Origin: Nitrospinales bacterium
Lineage (GTDB): Bacteria; Nitrospinota; Nitrospinia; Nitrospinales; VA-1
Reading direction: 5' to 3'
DNA: 64,000 nucleotides
Assembly: GCA_965223795.1 (NCBI GenBank)
Contig: CBDCXL010000002.1
Span: forward strand, 2,436,030 to 2,500,029
How positions within the stretch are numbered: the stretch's first letter is position 1; each line of letters begins with the position of its first letter. Below are positions 27,978-38,620 of the stretch, piece after piece. Both the position numbers and the translations under genes were made by a program. The notes beneath the pieces were generated by a model. That model saw only the letters and a program-made list of their open reading frames with translations, was not told the origin of the DNA and made no database searches.

Positions 27978-29675
27978 ATGAACGACGAGACTCCGACCGC
28001 CGAGAGCGAGACGACCCACTTCATCAGCAACCTCATCGATGAAGACTTAAAGACGAACAAATACGACGGCCGGGTCCACACCCGGTTTCCGCCGGAGCCG
28101 AACGGGTTTCTGCACATCGGCCACGCCAAGTCCATCTGCCTCAATTTCGGGCTGGCGCAGAAGTACGGCGGGGTCTGCAACCTGCGTTTCGACGACACCA
28201 ATCCGATCAAGGAAGAGGAAAAGTACATCGAGTCGATCCAGCAGGACGTCAAGTGGCTGGGCTTCGACTGGGGCGAAAAACCGTTTTACGCTTCCGACTA
28301 CTTTGATCAGCTGTACGACTACGCGGTGCAGCTCATCCAAGACGGCCTGGCCTACGTGGACGATCTCAACGCGGACGAGATCCGCGAGCACCGCGGCACG
28401 CTGAGCGAGCCGGGCAAGGACAGTCCCTACCGCAACCGCGGCGTCGAGGAAAACCGGGACCTGTTCGAACGCATGCGGGCCGGGGAATTCGCCGAAGGGG
28501 AGAAGGTGTTGAGAGCGAAGATCGACATGGCCTCGGGCAATCTCAACCTGCGCGATCCGGTGCTGTACCGCATCCTCAAGGTGGCGCATGTGCGCACCGG
28601 GGACAAGTGGAACATCTACCCGATGTACGACTGGGCGCATGGCCAGTCCGACTCGATCGAGCGCATCACCCATTCGATCTGCACGCTGGAGTTCGAAGAC
28701 CACCGGCCGCTGTACGACTGGTTTCTGGAAAAACTCAACATCTACCGGCCGCGGCAGATCGAATTCGCGCGGCTGAACCTCACCTACACGATGCTGAGCA
28801 AGCGCAAGCTCATCCAGCTGGTCAACGAGGGCCATGTGGACGGCTGGGACGACCCGCGCATGCCGACGGTGGCCGGGCTCAGGCGCCGCGGCTACACGCC
28901 CGAAGCGATCCGTGAGTTCTGCGAGCGCATCGGCGTCGCCAAGAGCAACAGCACGGTGGACCTGGCGCTCTTGGAATACTGCATCCGCGAGGACATGAAC
29001 AAAAAGGCGATGCGCGTGATGGCGGTGCTGAACCCGCTCAAGCTCGTGATCGACAACTACCCGGAAGGGCAGGTCGAGGAGCTGGAAGCGGAGAACAACC
29101 CGGAGGATGCGGGCATGGGCTCGCGCACAATGCCGTTTTCCAAAACGCTGTACATCGAGCGCGAGGACTTCATGGAAGACCCGCCGAAAAAATACTTCCG
29201 CCTCGCTCCCGGCAAGGAAGTGCGGCTCAAGCACGCTTTCATCATCAAGTGCGAAAACGTGGTGAAGGACGATAACGGCGAGGTGGTGGCCGTGCATTGC
29301 AGCTACGACCCCGAGACCCGCAGCGGCCAGGCGCCGGCGGGGAAAAAGATCAAGGGCACGCTGCACTGGGTGTCGGCCCAGCACGCGAAAACCGCCGAGG
29401 TCAGGCTCTACGACACACTGTTCACCAAAGAAAACCCGTCCGATGAGAAGGAATGTCCGGAGCTCACCTCCTGCCTCAATCCGGATTCGCTCAAGCTGCT
29501 CAAAGACTGCAAGATCGAGCCGGGCCTCGCCGCTGCGAAGCCGGGGGAGCGGTTTCAGTTTCTGCGCATGGGCTACTTCTGCGCCGACGCCACCTCGCAG
29601 GCGGACGCGCCCGTGTTCAACCGCACCGTGACCCTGCGCGACACCTGGGCGAAGATACAGAAAAAGGGCGGATGA
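27978..29675 (+). CDS. glnS: glutaminyl-tRNA synthetase
   Basis: 565 aa. It reads [62 protein letters not shown] (HIGH motif), TMLSKRKL (KMSKS equivalent), and has the C-terminal anticodon-binding domain. Confidence 0.97.
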   Translation: MNDETPTAESETTHFISNLIDEDLKTNKYDGRVHTRFPPEPNGFLHIGHAKSICLNFGLAQKYGGVCNLRFDDTNPIKEEEKYIESIQQDVKWLGFDWGEKPFYASDYFDQLYDYAVQLIQDGLAYVDDLNADEIREHRGTLSEPGKDSPYRNRGVEENRDLFERMRAGEFAEGEKVLRAKIDMASGNLNLRDPVLYRILKVAHVRTGDKWNIYPMYDWAHGQSDSIERITHSICTLEFEDHRPLYDWFLEKLNIYRPRQIEFARLNLTYTMLSKRKLIQLVNEGHVDGWDDPRMPTVAGLRRRGYTPEAIREFCERIGVAKSNSTVDLALLEYCIREDMNKKAMRVMAVLNPLKLVIDNYPEGQVEELEAENNPEDAGMGSRTMPFSKTLYIEREDFMEDPPKKYFRLAPGKEVRLKHAFIIKCENVVKDDNGEVVAVHCSYDPETRSGQAPAGKKIKGTLHWVSAQHAKTAEVRLYDTLFTKENPSDEKECPELTSCLNPDSLKLLKDCKIEPGLAAAKPGERFQFLRMGYFCADATSQADAPVFNRTVTLRDTWAKIQKKGG

Positions 29676-29782
29676 TTGGATACAACGTACGCGTAAAGAA
29701 CCCTCCTATGACTTTCGATCACAAAATATTTTAATAAATCGGGACATCTGGAAAATTTTCATTTCGTAACAGGAGATCGAGG

Positions 29783-30517
29783 ATGAAGAAGTTGGTGCTT
29801 TTAATGGGAGTGCTCATGGTATCTGGAACGGTTCACGCTGGCAGCGGAACGCAGTGGGATTATTCTGGCGCGGAAGGGCCTGAAAACTGGGGCAAACTCA
29901 GCCCGGAATTCACCGCCTGTTCGCGGGGAAAGAATCAGTCTCCGATTAACCTGAGCGCTTTCGTTGAAGCCGATCTAAAGTCTATTGGAATTCACTATCA
30001 GTCTGGTGGAACGGAGGTTGTCAATAACGGCCACACGTTGCAATTGAACTATGCCCCCGGAAGTGAGATCTCCATAAATGGTCGCAAGTTTGAACTCAAG
30101 CAGTATCATTTTCACGCCCCGAGCGAGAATCACATCAATGGGAAATCCTATCCATTGGAAGCGCATCTTGTGCATGCGGATGAGGATGGAAACCTTGCTG
30201 TCATCGCTGTGATGTTTGAAGAAGGAAAACCGAACGAATCCCTCGCCAAAACCTGGGCTGAAATTCCCGACAAGGCCAACGACAAACACAAACTGTCCTC
30301 CCGTGTCACGGCTGAGGGTATTCTGCCTTCCGACAGAGACTACTACCGTTTCAACGGATCCCTCACCACGCCCCCCTGTTCCGAAGGCGTCGTGTGGCTC
30401 GTCATGAAGAAGCCCGTGACTGCGTCGAAAGATCAAATGGAGAAACTCATCCGGGTGATGCCGAAGCCGAATAACCGTCCGCTGCAGGCGATAAATGCGC
30501 GTCCGGTTTTGCAATGA
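29783..30517 (+). CDS. alpha-class carbonic anhydrase, periplasmic
   Basis: It has a signal peptide, WDYSGAEGPENWGKL, the zinc ligands QYHFHAPSENH...EAHLVH, and YYRFNGSLTTPPCSEGVVWLV. Confidence 0.95.
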   Translation: MKKLVLLMGVLMVSGTVHAGSGTQWDYSGAEGPENWGKLSPEFTACSRGKNQSPINLSAFVEADLKSIGIHYQSGGTEVVNNGHTLQLNYAPGSEISINGRKFELKQYHFHAPSENHINGKSYPLEAHLVHADEDGNLAVIAVMFEEGKPNESLAKTWAEIPDKANDKHKLSSRVTAEGILPSDRDYYRFNGSLTTPPCSEGVVWLVMKKPVTASKDQMEKLIRVMPKPNNRPLQAINARPVLQ

Positions 30518-30523
30518 GACCCT

Positions 30524-31585
30524 TTATCCAAACAACTTCATCTGCTTTTCATCGGCGTTGACGAAATGTTCGGTGGTCAGTTCCGGGCCCGGTCCGTCCA
30601 GCCCCGCCTTGCGGGCGGCCACGTCGAACATGTTTTCGATCTGCTCGGCAAAGACCCCCTCTCCGCGCATGCGCGACCCGAAGTTCGGGTCGTTCAGCTT
30701 GCCGCCGCGCAGAGCCTGTATGCGGTGCAGCACTTTGGTTTTTTTGTCCGGGTAATGCGTTTGAAGCCAGTCTGAAAAAAGATCCTTCACGCCGTAGGGC
30801 AGCCTGAGCACGGTGAAGCCCGCGGTTTCGGCTCCGGCTTCGGCGGCGGCATTCAGAATGTTCGGCAGCTCGTGGTCGGTGAGCGCCGGGATCACCGGGG
30901 CGGTCATGACGCCCACCGGGATGCCGGCCCGCTTCAGCGTTTTGAGGGCCGCCAGCCGTTGCGCGGGCAGCGAGGCGCGCGGCTCCATGTTGCGCGACAG
31001 CTCGGGATCGAGGGTGGTGATGGAGACGAACACCGCCACGCAGTTGAACTCGGCAAGCTGGGTCAGCAGGTCGAGGTCGCGGGTGACCAACTGGTTTTTG
31101 GTGATGATGCCGACCGGGTTGCGGAAGCGGAGCAGCACTTTCAGGCATTCGCGCGTGAGGCGCCATTTCTTCTCGCCCGGCTGGTAGACGTCGGTGATGC
31201 CGCTCAGGCCGATCGCCTGCGGTTTCCAGCGCGGGGCGCTCAGCTCCTGCTCCAGCAGCGACGGGGCGTTTTCCTTCACCAGGATTTTGGTCTCGAAATC
31301 CAGCCCGGCGGACAGCTCGAAATACTCGTGCGTCGGCCGGGCGTAGCAGTAGACGCAACCGTGCTCGCAGCCGCGGTAGGGGTTGAGGCCCACTTCTAGG
31401 CCCACATCGGGGCTGTCGTTGCGGGTCAGGATGCTGCGGCTGGAATCGGTGATGAAGACGGTTTCGAGGCGGGCGGGGGGCGGCGCGTCGTCCTCGGCGA
31501 TGCGTTCGCTGGGTTTGAAGCGGTTGGCCGGATTGCCGGCGGCGCCGCGGGCTTTCGGTCGTGGATTCTGGCGAGAATGGCTCAT
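30524..31585 (-). CDS. PA0069-family radical SAM protein (SplB/DNA-repair-photolyase-like)
   Basis: 353 aa. It reads GLNPYRGCEHGCVYCYARPTHEYF (CxxxCxxC), has a basic N-terminus (RQNPRPKARG), and then GLSGITDVYQPGE. Confidence 0.88.
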   Translation of the reverse strand: MSHSRQNPRPKARGAAGNPANRFKPSERIAEDDAPPPARLETVFITDSSRSILTRNDSPDVGLEVGLNPYRGCEHGCVYCYARPTHEYFELSAGLDFETKILVKENAPSLLEQELSAPRWKPQAIGLSGITDVYQPGEKKWRLTRECLKVLLRFRNPVGIITKNQLVTRDLDLLTQLAEFNCVAVFVSITTLDPELSRNMEPRASLPAQRLAALKTLKRAGIPVGVMTAPVIPALTDHELPNILNAAAEAGAETAGFTVLRLPYGVKDLFSDWLQTHYPDKKTKVLHRIQALRGGKLNDPNFGSRMRGEGVFAEQIENMFDVAARKAGLDGPGPELTTEHFVNADEKQMKLFG

Positions 31586-31769
31586 GTCCGGGCTCCTATT
31601 TTCGCTATATTTTCGCTTTTTGGGCCGGGCTTGTAAAGCAGAATTTAGCGAAACCGGAATCCCGCACCTGCCAGGCGGCTGGATGGAGATCGCGTGTATC
31701 CAGAGGGGGTTGTAATGGAAAACTTTAAGCGGATGTCGCGGAGTGAAGGGGAGCGTTCTGGCAGGCGGA

Positions 31770-32372
31770 TCAGAATCCCGCCACTCCGGTGACGGTGTCG
31801 GTGATGAGGCCCAGCGGGTCCTGCAGGAATCCCAGAGGATTGGTGTCTTCGGCGTTCTCTTCGATTTTAGGGTCGCCGCTGTGGATCTTGTAGACCACCT
31901 TCTGATTCTTCATGACGATGAAACCGACGAAGATCCATCCGCGCTTGCGGGTCTTGCGGTTGAACCGCAGAACATCGAGGATGATGTTGCCGTGGCGCTC
32001 CTTGTCGATTTTTTTCGCCGAAACGACATAGCCGTTGCAGAAGTCCTTCGCGTCCAGGCAATCCGCCAGTTCCGGGTCGAGATCTTTTTTGGTGATCGAC
32101 GGATTGGGCATGAATTTTTCGATCATTTCCAGGTAGGTGAGGACCTTGATGTTGGGCGTGTCGTAGGGATTGTAGCCCATTTTGTGGAGTTCCTGTTCGG
32201 AGGTGCGGTGCAGCTCGATGGCGTTGAAGGCGTTTTCCGCGTCCTCATAGGACTCCCACTGGGATTTATTATTTTCGTTGGTTTTGGGCAGAAACCAGTG
32301 CGAGCATCCGGCGGCACTCAGAGTCAGGCAGGCCAGTATGATGGAAACCCCTGTTTTTTTTAAGGTAACCAA
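31770..32372 (-). CDS. lipoprotein of unknown function (paralog A)
   Basis: Within ORF 31770..32408. I prefer the TTG at 32372 (AGGTGGA 5 nt upstream), which gives MVTLKKTGVSIILACLTLSAAGC with a lipobox. It is collinear with the product of 32467..33081. Confidence 0.75.
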   Translation of the reverse strand: MVTLKKTGVSIILACLTLSAAGCSHWFLPKTNENNKSQWESYEDAENAFNAIELHRTSEQELHKMGYNPYDTPNIKVLTYLEMIEKFMPNPSITKKDLDPELADCLDAKDFCNGYVVSAKKIDKERHGNIILDVLRFNRKTRKRGWIFVGFIVMKNQKVVYKIHSGDPKIEENAEDTNPLGFLQDPLGLITDTVTGVAGF

Positions 32373-32466
32373 TTGCTTCCACCTTTCGAGGACGCATTGC
32401 GCAAACAACTCCTATTATAGGATAACCGAAGTGATCCTGTTTGCCTTATGAATTTTTTAAGGTGCG

Positions 32467-33081
32467 CTAGAAAAGCAGTCCGGTGGTGGCGTTGGAAAGA
32501 TCGGAGAGGATGGATTCCGGTTCCTGCAGAAATCCCAAAGGATTGAAATTTGCCTGGTTTTCCTCGACGTTGGGCCGGCCGCTCCAGATTTTATAGACCA
32601 CCACGTCGTGCTTGAGCGCCAGAAATCCCTTGAATTCCCAGCCGGTCTTGCGTGTTTTGCGCTGAAAACGCAGGATGTCGAGGACGAAGTTGCCGTGCCG
32701 CTGGGAATGGATGCGCCGCACGGCCAGGCTGTACGCCTTGCAGCCCTTTTTGACTTTGAGGCAGTCGGCCAGTTCCTCGTCGAGGTCCTCCTTGGTGAAG
32801 CTCTGGTTGGGCATGATGGAGCTGATGATTTCCAGGTGGGTGAGGATGCGGATGTTGGGCGTGTTGAAGGGGTCGTAGCCCATTTTGTGCAGTTCCTCGA
32901 CGCGCGTGCGGTGCGGGACGATGGCTTCGAAGGCGTTTTTGGCGTCCTCGAAAGTCTCCCAGGAGGACTTCATGTTTTCCTTGGCGGTGGGAAGCATCGT
33001 CGCGCAGCCGGAAGCGAGCAGGGCCGCCCAGACGGTGCACGTCAACTTGAATGAGAGACTCACGGGAAAGGAAAGAAGCAA
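32467..33081 (-). CDS. lipoprotein of unknown function (paralog B)
   Basis: 204 aa with lipobox LLASGC. It shares blocks with paralog A: W.(S/T)(Y/F)EDA.NAF.AI.(L/P)HRT...ELHKMGY(N/D)P(Y/F).TPNI..LT(Y/H)LE, LADCL, RHGN..LD(V/I)LRF.RKTRK.GW.F.GF, and NPLGFLQ(D/E)P. Confidence 0.75.
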   Translation of the reverse strand: MLLSFPVSLSFKLTCTVWAALLASGCATMLPTAKENMKSSWETFEDAKNAFEAIVPHRTRVEELHKMGYDPFNTPNIRILTHLEIISSIMPNQSFTKEDLDEELADCLKVKKGCKAYSLAVRRIHSQRHGNFVLDILRFQRKTRKTGWEFKGFLALKHDVVVYKIWSGRPNVEENQANFNPLGFLQEPESILSDLSNATTGLLF

Positions 33082-33241
33082 AGCGCTGCCTCAATCAGCG
33101 TGATTCGATGGAATTTCAGGATCAGCCGATGATAACAGACCGGATGCGGTCTGACTTTATTATTTCACAAAAAATATGAACAAATGCCGGGTAAGTTCAG
33201 GCGTGCTTGCGAAATGAGGGCGAAGTGCGCGGTTCAAACCA

Positions 33242-33733
33242 TCACACGCTGCCGGGGGTTGCGGGCCGGGTGAGGGGCCATTCGCGCGTCAGGACAGGCG
33301 GCTTTGCAGGGTCGAGGTAGGCTTTGACGACGATTATCCCCTTCGCGTCGTCGGACTGCACGACCAGCTGCTTTTTCAAATCGGGATTGGATTGGCGCGG
33401 CACCAGGGCCACGTTTTTGGGGATGATGGGAGCGCGGATCGAGCGCGCCTGTTCCAGCTCGTAGGGATCGGCCGTGTTCTCGGAAGGCGGCCATTCGGCG
33501 GTGCCGAATGCGGAAAACATCCAGTTCACAAACTCGGACGGCCTGCCGTCCGGGTACAGGACCCAGAACGAAGAACGCTGAAGCTGTTTTTTGGCCGAGA
33601 GATAACGCACCACATGCGCCGCCCGGTCCAGTTCCGGCGGCGCCGAATTCCCGCACGACGCGATGAAAAAAGCCAGCAGGCAGGCGATGAAACAGCGCGG
33701 GTTTCGTTTTAAGCTTAAGGCAATGACGTTCAA
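33242..33733 (-). CDS. lipoprotein of unknown function
   Basis: 163 aa. The N-terminus CFIACLLAFFIASCGN carries a lipobox. Confidence 0.65.
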   Translation of the reverse strand: MNVIALSLKRNPRCFIACLLAFFIASCGNSAPPELDRAAHVVRYLSAKKQLQRSSFWVLYPDGRPSEFVNWMFSAFGTAEWPPSENTADPYELEQARSIRAPIIPKNVALVPRQSNPDLKKQLVVQSDDAKGIIVVKAYLDPAKPPVLTREWPLTRPATPGSV

Positions 33734-33743
33734 AGCCGCTCTC

Positions 33744-33845
33744 CTAGGGGTTCATGGCGTTCAGGAACAGGGCCTGCAGTCCCATGGCGATGGCGACCAG
33801 AATGGCCAACGCCAACAGGGCGTTTTTTCCTCTGCGATCGTTCAT
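33744..33845 (-). CDS. possible 33-aa single-helix membrane peptide
   Basis: Below the ORF-track cutoff. AGGAGA lies 6 nt before the ATG. The product is MNDRRGKNALLALAILVAIAMGLQALFLNAMNP. It ends 10 nt before the start of the downstream lipoprotein gene. Confidence 0.4.
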   Translation of the reverse strand: MNDRRGKNALLALAILVAIAMGLQALFLNAMNP

Positions 33846-34290
33846 GGGCCGTCTCCTACTTGTTGTGCGGGTTTCCACCTATTGGGAAGCAACCCCCGTT
33901 CCAAACGGTCAACATTCGGGATATCAGGGATTTTAATTTTCGGCCGGTTGGCACAGACCCGTTCGCCTGGTCACATTTGTGATCACCGCATTGCGTCTTT
34001 TCGGATCGGTCGAGCCGGTTTCAAGGCAACCGGCCGGTGGAGGCTGGAAGCGGCGGGTTCTTGCTCGGAATTTCACCGTAATTCCCTAATTTTTTAGTGC
34101 ATTTTTCAGTTTCATCCATTAATTTAGAACTTAGGAGAAAAGTGGTTGCGGAAGAGAAATCAGGCGGTTCGTTCCTGCCTTTTTCTCACGCAAAGTATAT
34201 TCGAATCCAATTTCAATCGGAGCTGTTTGCCTTTTTTCGCAGACGGATTGCCGGTTTCCCCCTCATTCTTGAACTTCGTGGTGATCTGAA

Positions 34291-36783
34291 ATGAACAAAC
34301 CCGAGCTGCCGCACGTGGACGACCCGACCAACGGAAAAAACGCCGAGGCCCTGAAACGGTCCTTCAACACCCACCTCAAATACACGCTGGCCAAAAACAA
34401 GAACCGGGCCACCAAACTCGACCTTTTCAAGAGCCTGGCTCTGGTGGTGCGGGACCATCTGGTGGAGAAATGGATCGACACCAAGAACCGGCAGTACGGT
34501 GAAGACGCGAGGCGGGTGAATTACCTGTCGATGGAATACCTGGTCGGACGGGTGCTGCGTCAGAACATGGCCAACCTCGGCCTGATGGATGAATTGCGTA
34601 AGGCCGTCGCCGAGCTGGGCTACGATTTTGAGGAGCTGGAAGCGATGGAGGTGGAAGCGGGGCTTGGCAACGGCGGCCTGGGACGGCTGGCTTCCTGCTT
34701 TCTGGAGTCGATGGCGACGCTCGATATTCCGGCGAACGGCTACGGCATGCGTTACGAGTTCGGCATCTTCCACCAGCGATTCGCCAACGGCTACCAGGTG
34801 GAGGAGGCGGACAACTGGCTCAGGCTCGGCAACCCCTGGGAGATCCCGCGGCCCGAGCACGTGTATCCGATCAAATTCTACGGCCGGGTGCAGCACGTCA
34901 CGCTGGCGGACGGGACCGAGACCTACGAGTGGGTGGACACGCACGACAACGTGATGGCGATGGCGCACGACATCCTCATTCCGGGATATCAGAACGACAC
35001 GGTGAACAGCCTCCGGCTGTGGGGCGCCCGCTCGATGAACGATTTCGATTTTCAGCATTTCAACGAGGGGGATTACATCCAGGCGGTGAGCGAAAAGCAG
35101 GACACCGAAACGATCTCCAAGGTGCTGTACCCCAACGACAAGTCGATCCAGGGACGCGAGCTGCGTCTCAAGCAGGAATATTTTTTCGTTTCCGCTTCGT
35201 TGCAGGACATCCTCGCGCGCTACAAACGCAGGCATTCCACGTTCGATGCGTTCAGCGACAAGGTCGCGGTGCAGCTCAACGACACGCATCCCTCGCTCGC
35301 CATACCGGAGTTGATGCGCATCTTCGTGGACGAGGAACGCATGACCTGGGACAAAGCCTGGGAGATCACCTGCCGGACGATGGGCTACACCAACCACACG
35401 GTGCTGCCCGAGGCGCTGGAAAAATGGTCGGTCGATCTCATCGGCCACGTCCTGCCGCGGCACCTGCAGATCATCTACGAGATCAACCACCGCTTCATGC
35501 AGCAGGTGGCCGACCGGTTCCCGAACGATCCCGAACGGCTGGCGCGCATGTCGATCATCGAGGAAGGGCCGACGAAGTTCGTGCGCATGCCGCAGCTTTC
35601 GATCGTCGGCAGCCGCGCGGTCAACGGCGTTGCGGCGCTGCACACGGAGATTCTGAAAACCAGCCTGTTCAAGGATTTTGAGGAGATGTATCCCGGCCGC
35701 ATCCACAACATGACCAACGGCATCACGCCGCGGATCTGGCTCAAGGAATGCAACCCCGAATTGTCCCAGCTCATCACCGACACGATCGGCCCTGGCTGGG
35801 TGCGCGACCTCTCGCGGCTCAAGCAGCTTCTGCCCTATGCCAAGGATCTGGCGTTCTGCGAACGCTGGGATCAGGTCAAGGAGAACAACAAGAAACATCT
35901 CGCCGCCTACATCGAAAAAACGCAGGGCATCCGCGTCAATCCGGATTCGATGTTCGACGTGCACATCAAGCGCATCCACGAATACAAGCGGCAGCTCTTG
36001 AACATCCTGCACGTCGTCACGCTGTACACGCGCATCAAGAAGAACCCGGCGGGCGACCACCTGCCGCGCACGGTGATCTTCTCGGGTAAGGCCGCTCCCG
36101 GTTACGCGATGGCCAAGCTCATCATCAAGCTGATCAACAGCGTTGCGAAAACCGTCAACGCCGACGCGGAGGTGGGCGACCGGCTCAAGGTGGTGTTTCT
36201 GCCCAACTACTCGGTGTCGCTGGCGGAAAAAATCATTCCCGCGGCGAACCTGTCGCAGCAGACCTCCACCGCCGGCATGGAGGCTTCCGGCACGGGCAAC
36301 ATGAAGCTTGCGCTCAACGGTGCGCTGACGATCGGCACACTGGACGGCGCCAACATCGAGATCCTCGAGGAAGTGGGCGAGGACAACATCTTCATCTTCG
36401 GGCTCAAGGCCGGCGAGGTGGGCGCCATGCAGGCGAACGGCTACCGGCCCAGGGATCTCTACCTGAAGTACCCGGAACTCAAGCAGGCCCTCGACATGAT
36501 CCAGGAAGGGTTTTTCACGCCCGAGGAACCGCAGGTGTTCCGCCCGCTCATCGAATCGCTGCTCGATCACGGCGACCGCTTCATGGTGCTGGCGGATTTT
36601 CATTCCTACAGCCAGACGCAGCAGAGGATCGAAGAGGAATACCGCGATCCTTCCCTGTGGACGGAAAAATCCATCATCAACGCCGCCAACATGGGGAAAT
36701 TCTCCAGCGACCGCACCATCAGCGATTACGCGCGCGATATCTGGAAGGTGCCGGTCAGGCAGCCCGAGACGTCAGATCCATAG
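34291..36783 (+). CDS. glgP: glycogen/alpha-glucan phosphorylase
   Basis: 830 aa. It contains LGNGGLGRLASCFLESMATL and the PLP site EASGTGNMKLALNGALTIGTLDGANIEI. Confidence 0.97.
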   Translation: MNKPELPHVDDPTNGKNAEALKRSFNTHLKYTLAKNKNRATKLDLFKSLALVVRDHLVEKWIDTKNRQYGEDARRVNYLSMEYLVGRVLRQNMANLGLMDELRKAVAELGYDFEELEAMEVEAGLGNGGLGRLASCFLESMATLDIPANGYGMRYEFGIFHQRFANGYQVEEADNWLRLGNPWEIPRPEHVYPIKFYGRVQHVTLADGTETYEWVDTHDNVMAMAHDILIPGYQNDTVNSLRLWGARSMNDFDFQHFNEGDYIQAVSEKQDTETISKVLYPNDKSIQGRELRLKQEYFFVSASLQDILARYKRRHSTFDAFSDKVAVQLNDTHPSLAIPELMRIFVDEERMTWDKAWEITCRTMGYTNHTVLPEALEKWSVDLIGHVLPRHLQIIYEINHRFMQQVADRFPNDPERLARMSIIEEGPTKFVRMPQLSIVGSRAVNGVAALHTEILKTSLFKDFEEMYPGRIHNMTNGITPRIWLKECNPELSQLITDTIGPGWVRDLSRLKQLLPYAKDLAFCERWDQVKENNKKHLAAYIEKTQGIRVNPDSMFDVHIKRIHEYKRQLLNILHVVTLYTRIKKNPAGDHLPRTVIFSGKAAPGYAMAKLIIKLINSVAKTVNADAEVGDRLKVVFLPNYSVSLAEKIIPAANLSQQTSTAGMEASGTGNMKLALNGALTIGTLDGANIEILEEVGEDNIFIFGLKAGEVGAMQANGYRPRDLYLKYPELKQALDMIQEGFFTPEEPQVFRPLIESLLDHGDRFMVLADFHSYSQTQQRIEEEYRDPSLWTEKSIINAANMGKFSSDRTISDYARDIWKVPVRQPETSDP

Positions 36784-36891
36784 CCCACCCCGTGCGCAGG
36801 CGCTGCGCGCGCCGGATGGGCCCGCGATCTCTCCTTTGAGGATGCCCATCGCGAAACCGCCGGTGATCCCGTTCGCGATCCCCTTCCGCTC

Positions 36892-36922
36892 CTCCCGCGC
36901 GGAGGGCGCGTTTGCTCACGCC
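36892..36922. repeat. dispersed intergenic repeat copy (CTCCyGCGCGGAGGG-N4-TTTGCTCACGCC)
   Basis: ctcccgcgcggagggcgcgtttgctcacgcc lies 110 nt after the glgP stop. It has a short CCTCC/GGAGG hairpin at its 5' end. Confidence 0.65.
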
Positions 36923-37199
36923 GCGCACCGGTCCCTGATATCAATCCGAACGTTTTCGTTCCGTCCGCAGTCTTTTCGCAGGGCGGATTTTTTTGAATAG
37001 CGGATCTGTGAGCCTGGAGTGCTGCCGGGATGCGCTGGCAGCGAACCCGCAATGCCCGCTCCCCAGCGTGGTCATCGGATGTTACAATGTGCGATCGAGG
37101 TTTGCGAGACTGCGTGATGCCTGCGTGCCCGTGCGGGTCCGTATTTTCGGAAGGCGTGAATCTGAGTCATGCGATTGAACTAGAGTGTTTGAGGTTGCG

Positions 37200-37709
37200 A
37201 TGATCGAATGCCCGTGCGGGTCCGTATTTCCCTACACCGACTGCTGCGCGCCGCTGATCCGCGGCGTGAGCCACGCCGACACGGCGGAGGACCTGATGCG
37301 TTCGCGCTACACGGCGTTCACGCAGCAGAACTGGCTGTACCTGCGCGACTCCTGCCACCCGGACGACCGGCCGGAGCTTGCGGAGCTGGAATCGGGAGGC
37401 GGCCTCAAATGGCAGCGCCTGGAGATTCTGGAGAGCAAGGGCGGCGGCCGCGGCGATCAGGAAGGCACGGTGCGGTTTCAGGCGTTCTTCAAAAAGGACG
37501 GCGAGGAGAAGGTCCTGCGCGAGGCCTCGAAGTTCATCCGGGAAGGCGGCCGGTGGTATTATTCTCCCAAAGACTCGCATGCCGAGCCCCAGCGCACCGA
37601 GGCGGCGCCGTCCGGCAAACCCTTCGTGCGGGAGAAAGCCAAGGTGGGGCGCAACGATCCGTGTCCCTGCGGCAGCGGCAAGAAATTCAAGAAATGCTGC
37701 GGCAAATGA
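37200..37709 (+). CDS. ychJ: YchJ-family (UPF0225) protein with SEC-C metal-binding motifs
   Basis: The ATG at 37200 follows GAGGT. The N-terminus is [19 protein letters not shown], followed by MRSRYTAF, and the C-terminal SEC-C motif is [18 protein letters not shown]. Confidence 0.88.
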   Translation: MIECPCGSVFPYTDCCAPLIRGVSHADTAEDLMRSRYTAFTQQNWLYLRDSCHPDDRPELAELESGGGLKWQRLEILESKGGGRGDQEGTVRFQAFFKKDGEEKVLREASKFIREGGRWYYSPKDSHAEPQRTEAAPSGKPFVREKAKVGRNDPCPCGSGKKFKKCCGK

Positions 37710-37913
37710 AAATTCTGTTTGCGTGAAATGATGAAAGACGAGAAAAAGAAACCCGGTCCGCCGCCGGAAGAGGGCGGCAAACCCGGCGACAGCGAAGAGA
37801 AGGACGGCAAATCCCCGCCGGATGAAAAGGACTCGCGTCTGGCGCCGCGTTCCGGTCAGCGGCCGGCGCTGCCGTTCAAGCGCAAGCCGCCGTCGGTGAA
37901 ATGAATCCGTGCG

Positions 37914-38537
37914 TCACGGTGCGTTGAGCAGGGCGACGATGGCCGCTTCGGTTTCCTTGTAGCGGCCTTCGCCGAAATGGGTGAAGCGCACCACGCCGTC
38001 TTTGTCGATCAGGTACTTCGCCGGCCAGTAACGGTTGCGGTAGGCCCGCCACAGTTTGAAGCCGTTGTCCATCGCGATCGGGTACTGCAGTTCGTAATCC
38101 TTCACCGCCTTGACGACGTTTTTGGGAATGCGCTCGAACTTGAACTCGGGCGCGTGCACGCCGATGACCACCAGCCCCTTGTCGGCGTATTTTTTATGCC
38201 ATTTTTTCACGTAGGGCAGGGTGTTGATGCAGTTGATGCAGGAATAGGTCCAGAAGTCGATCAGCACGACCTTGCCGCGCAGTTTCTGCATGGACTCGAT
38301 GGGTTGGGTGTTCAGCCAGTTGGTGAGCCCGCGGAACTCGGGCGCTTCGTACAGGGTGGGCAGCTTCGCCTCGCCCGAAACGTTTGCCGGCGTCACGGAA
38401 AACACCACCGCCAGAATCACCGCCGCCAGCAGGCCGCATTGCAGGACAGGGGTCTTCTCCTGCAATGTTGACAGCAGACCGTTTTGTTTCCCGATCGGTT
38501 TGACGGCGCGTTGCGTTCGATTCCCGGGGCTGTGCAT
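37914..38537 (-). CDS. membrane-anchored thioredoxin-fold thiol:disulfide oxidoreductase (TlpA/DipZ C-terminal-domain-like)
   Basis: 207 aa with one N-terminal helix. It reads GKVVLIDFWTYSCINCINTLPYVKKWHKKYADKGLVVIGVHAPEF, where CINC is the CxxC motif. Confidence 0.85.
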   Translation of the reverse strand: MHSPGNRTQRAVKPIGKQNGLLSTLQEKTPVLQCGLLAAVILAVVFSVTPANVSGEAKLPTLYEAPEFRGLTNWLNTQPIESMQKLRGKVVLIDFWTYSCINCINTLPYVKKWHKKYADKGLVVIGVHAPEFKFERIPKNVVKAVKDYELQYPIAMDNGFKLWRAYRNRYWPAKYLIDKDGVVRFTHFGEGRYKETEAAIVALLNAP

Positions 38538-38620
38538 GCGTTCCTCCTCTTAGGGTGACGGCGGAAAATTGTCGATCGTTGCGGTTGGTGTCTGGATTCG
38601 GCCGCGAACCTTACATCCTC

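Noticed and set aside
34213-36603. 796-aa minus-strand ORF
   Set aside because: It is antisense to glgP, which has unambiguous phosphorylase motifs. Its composition is that of a shadow ORF.
37719-37904. 61-aa Lys/Pro/Glu-rich ORF after ychJ
   Set aside because: It is low-complexity, has no RBS, and has a GTG/ATG start directly after the ychJ stop. Evidence is insufficient.
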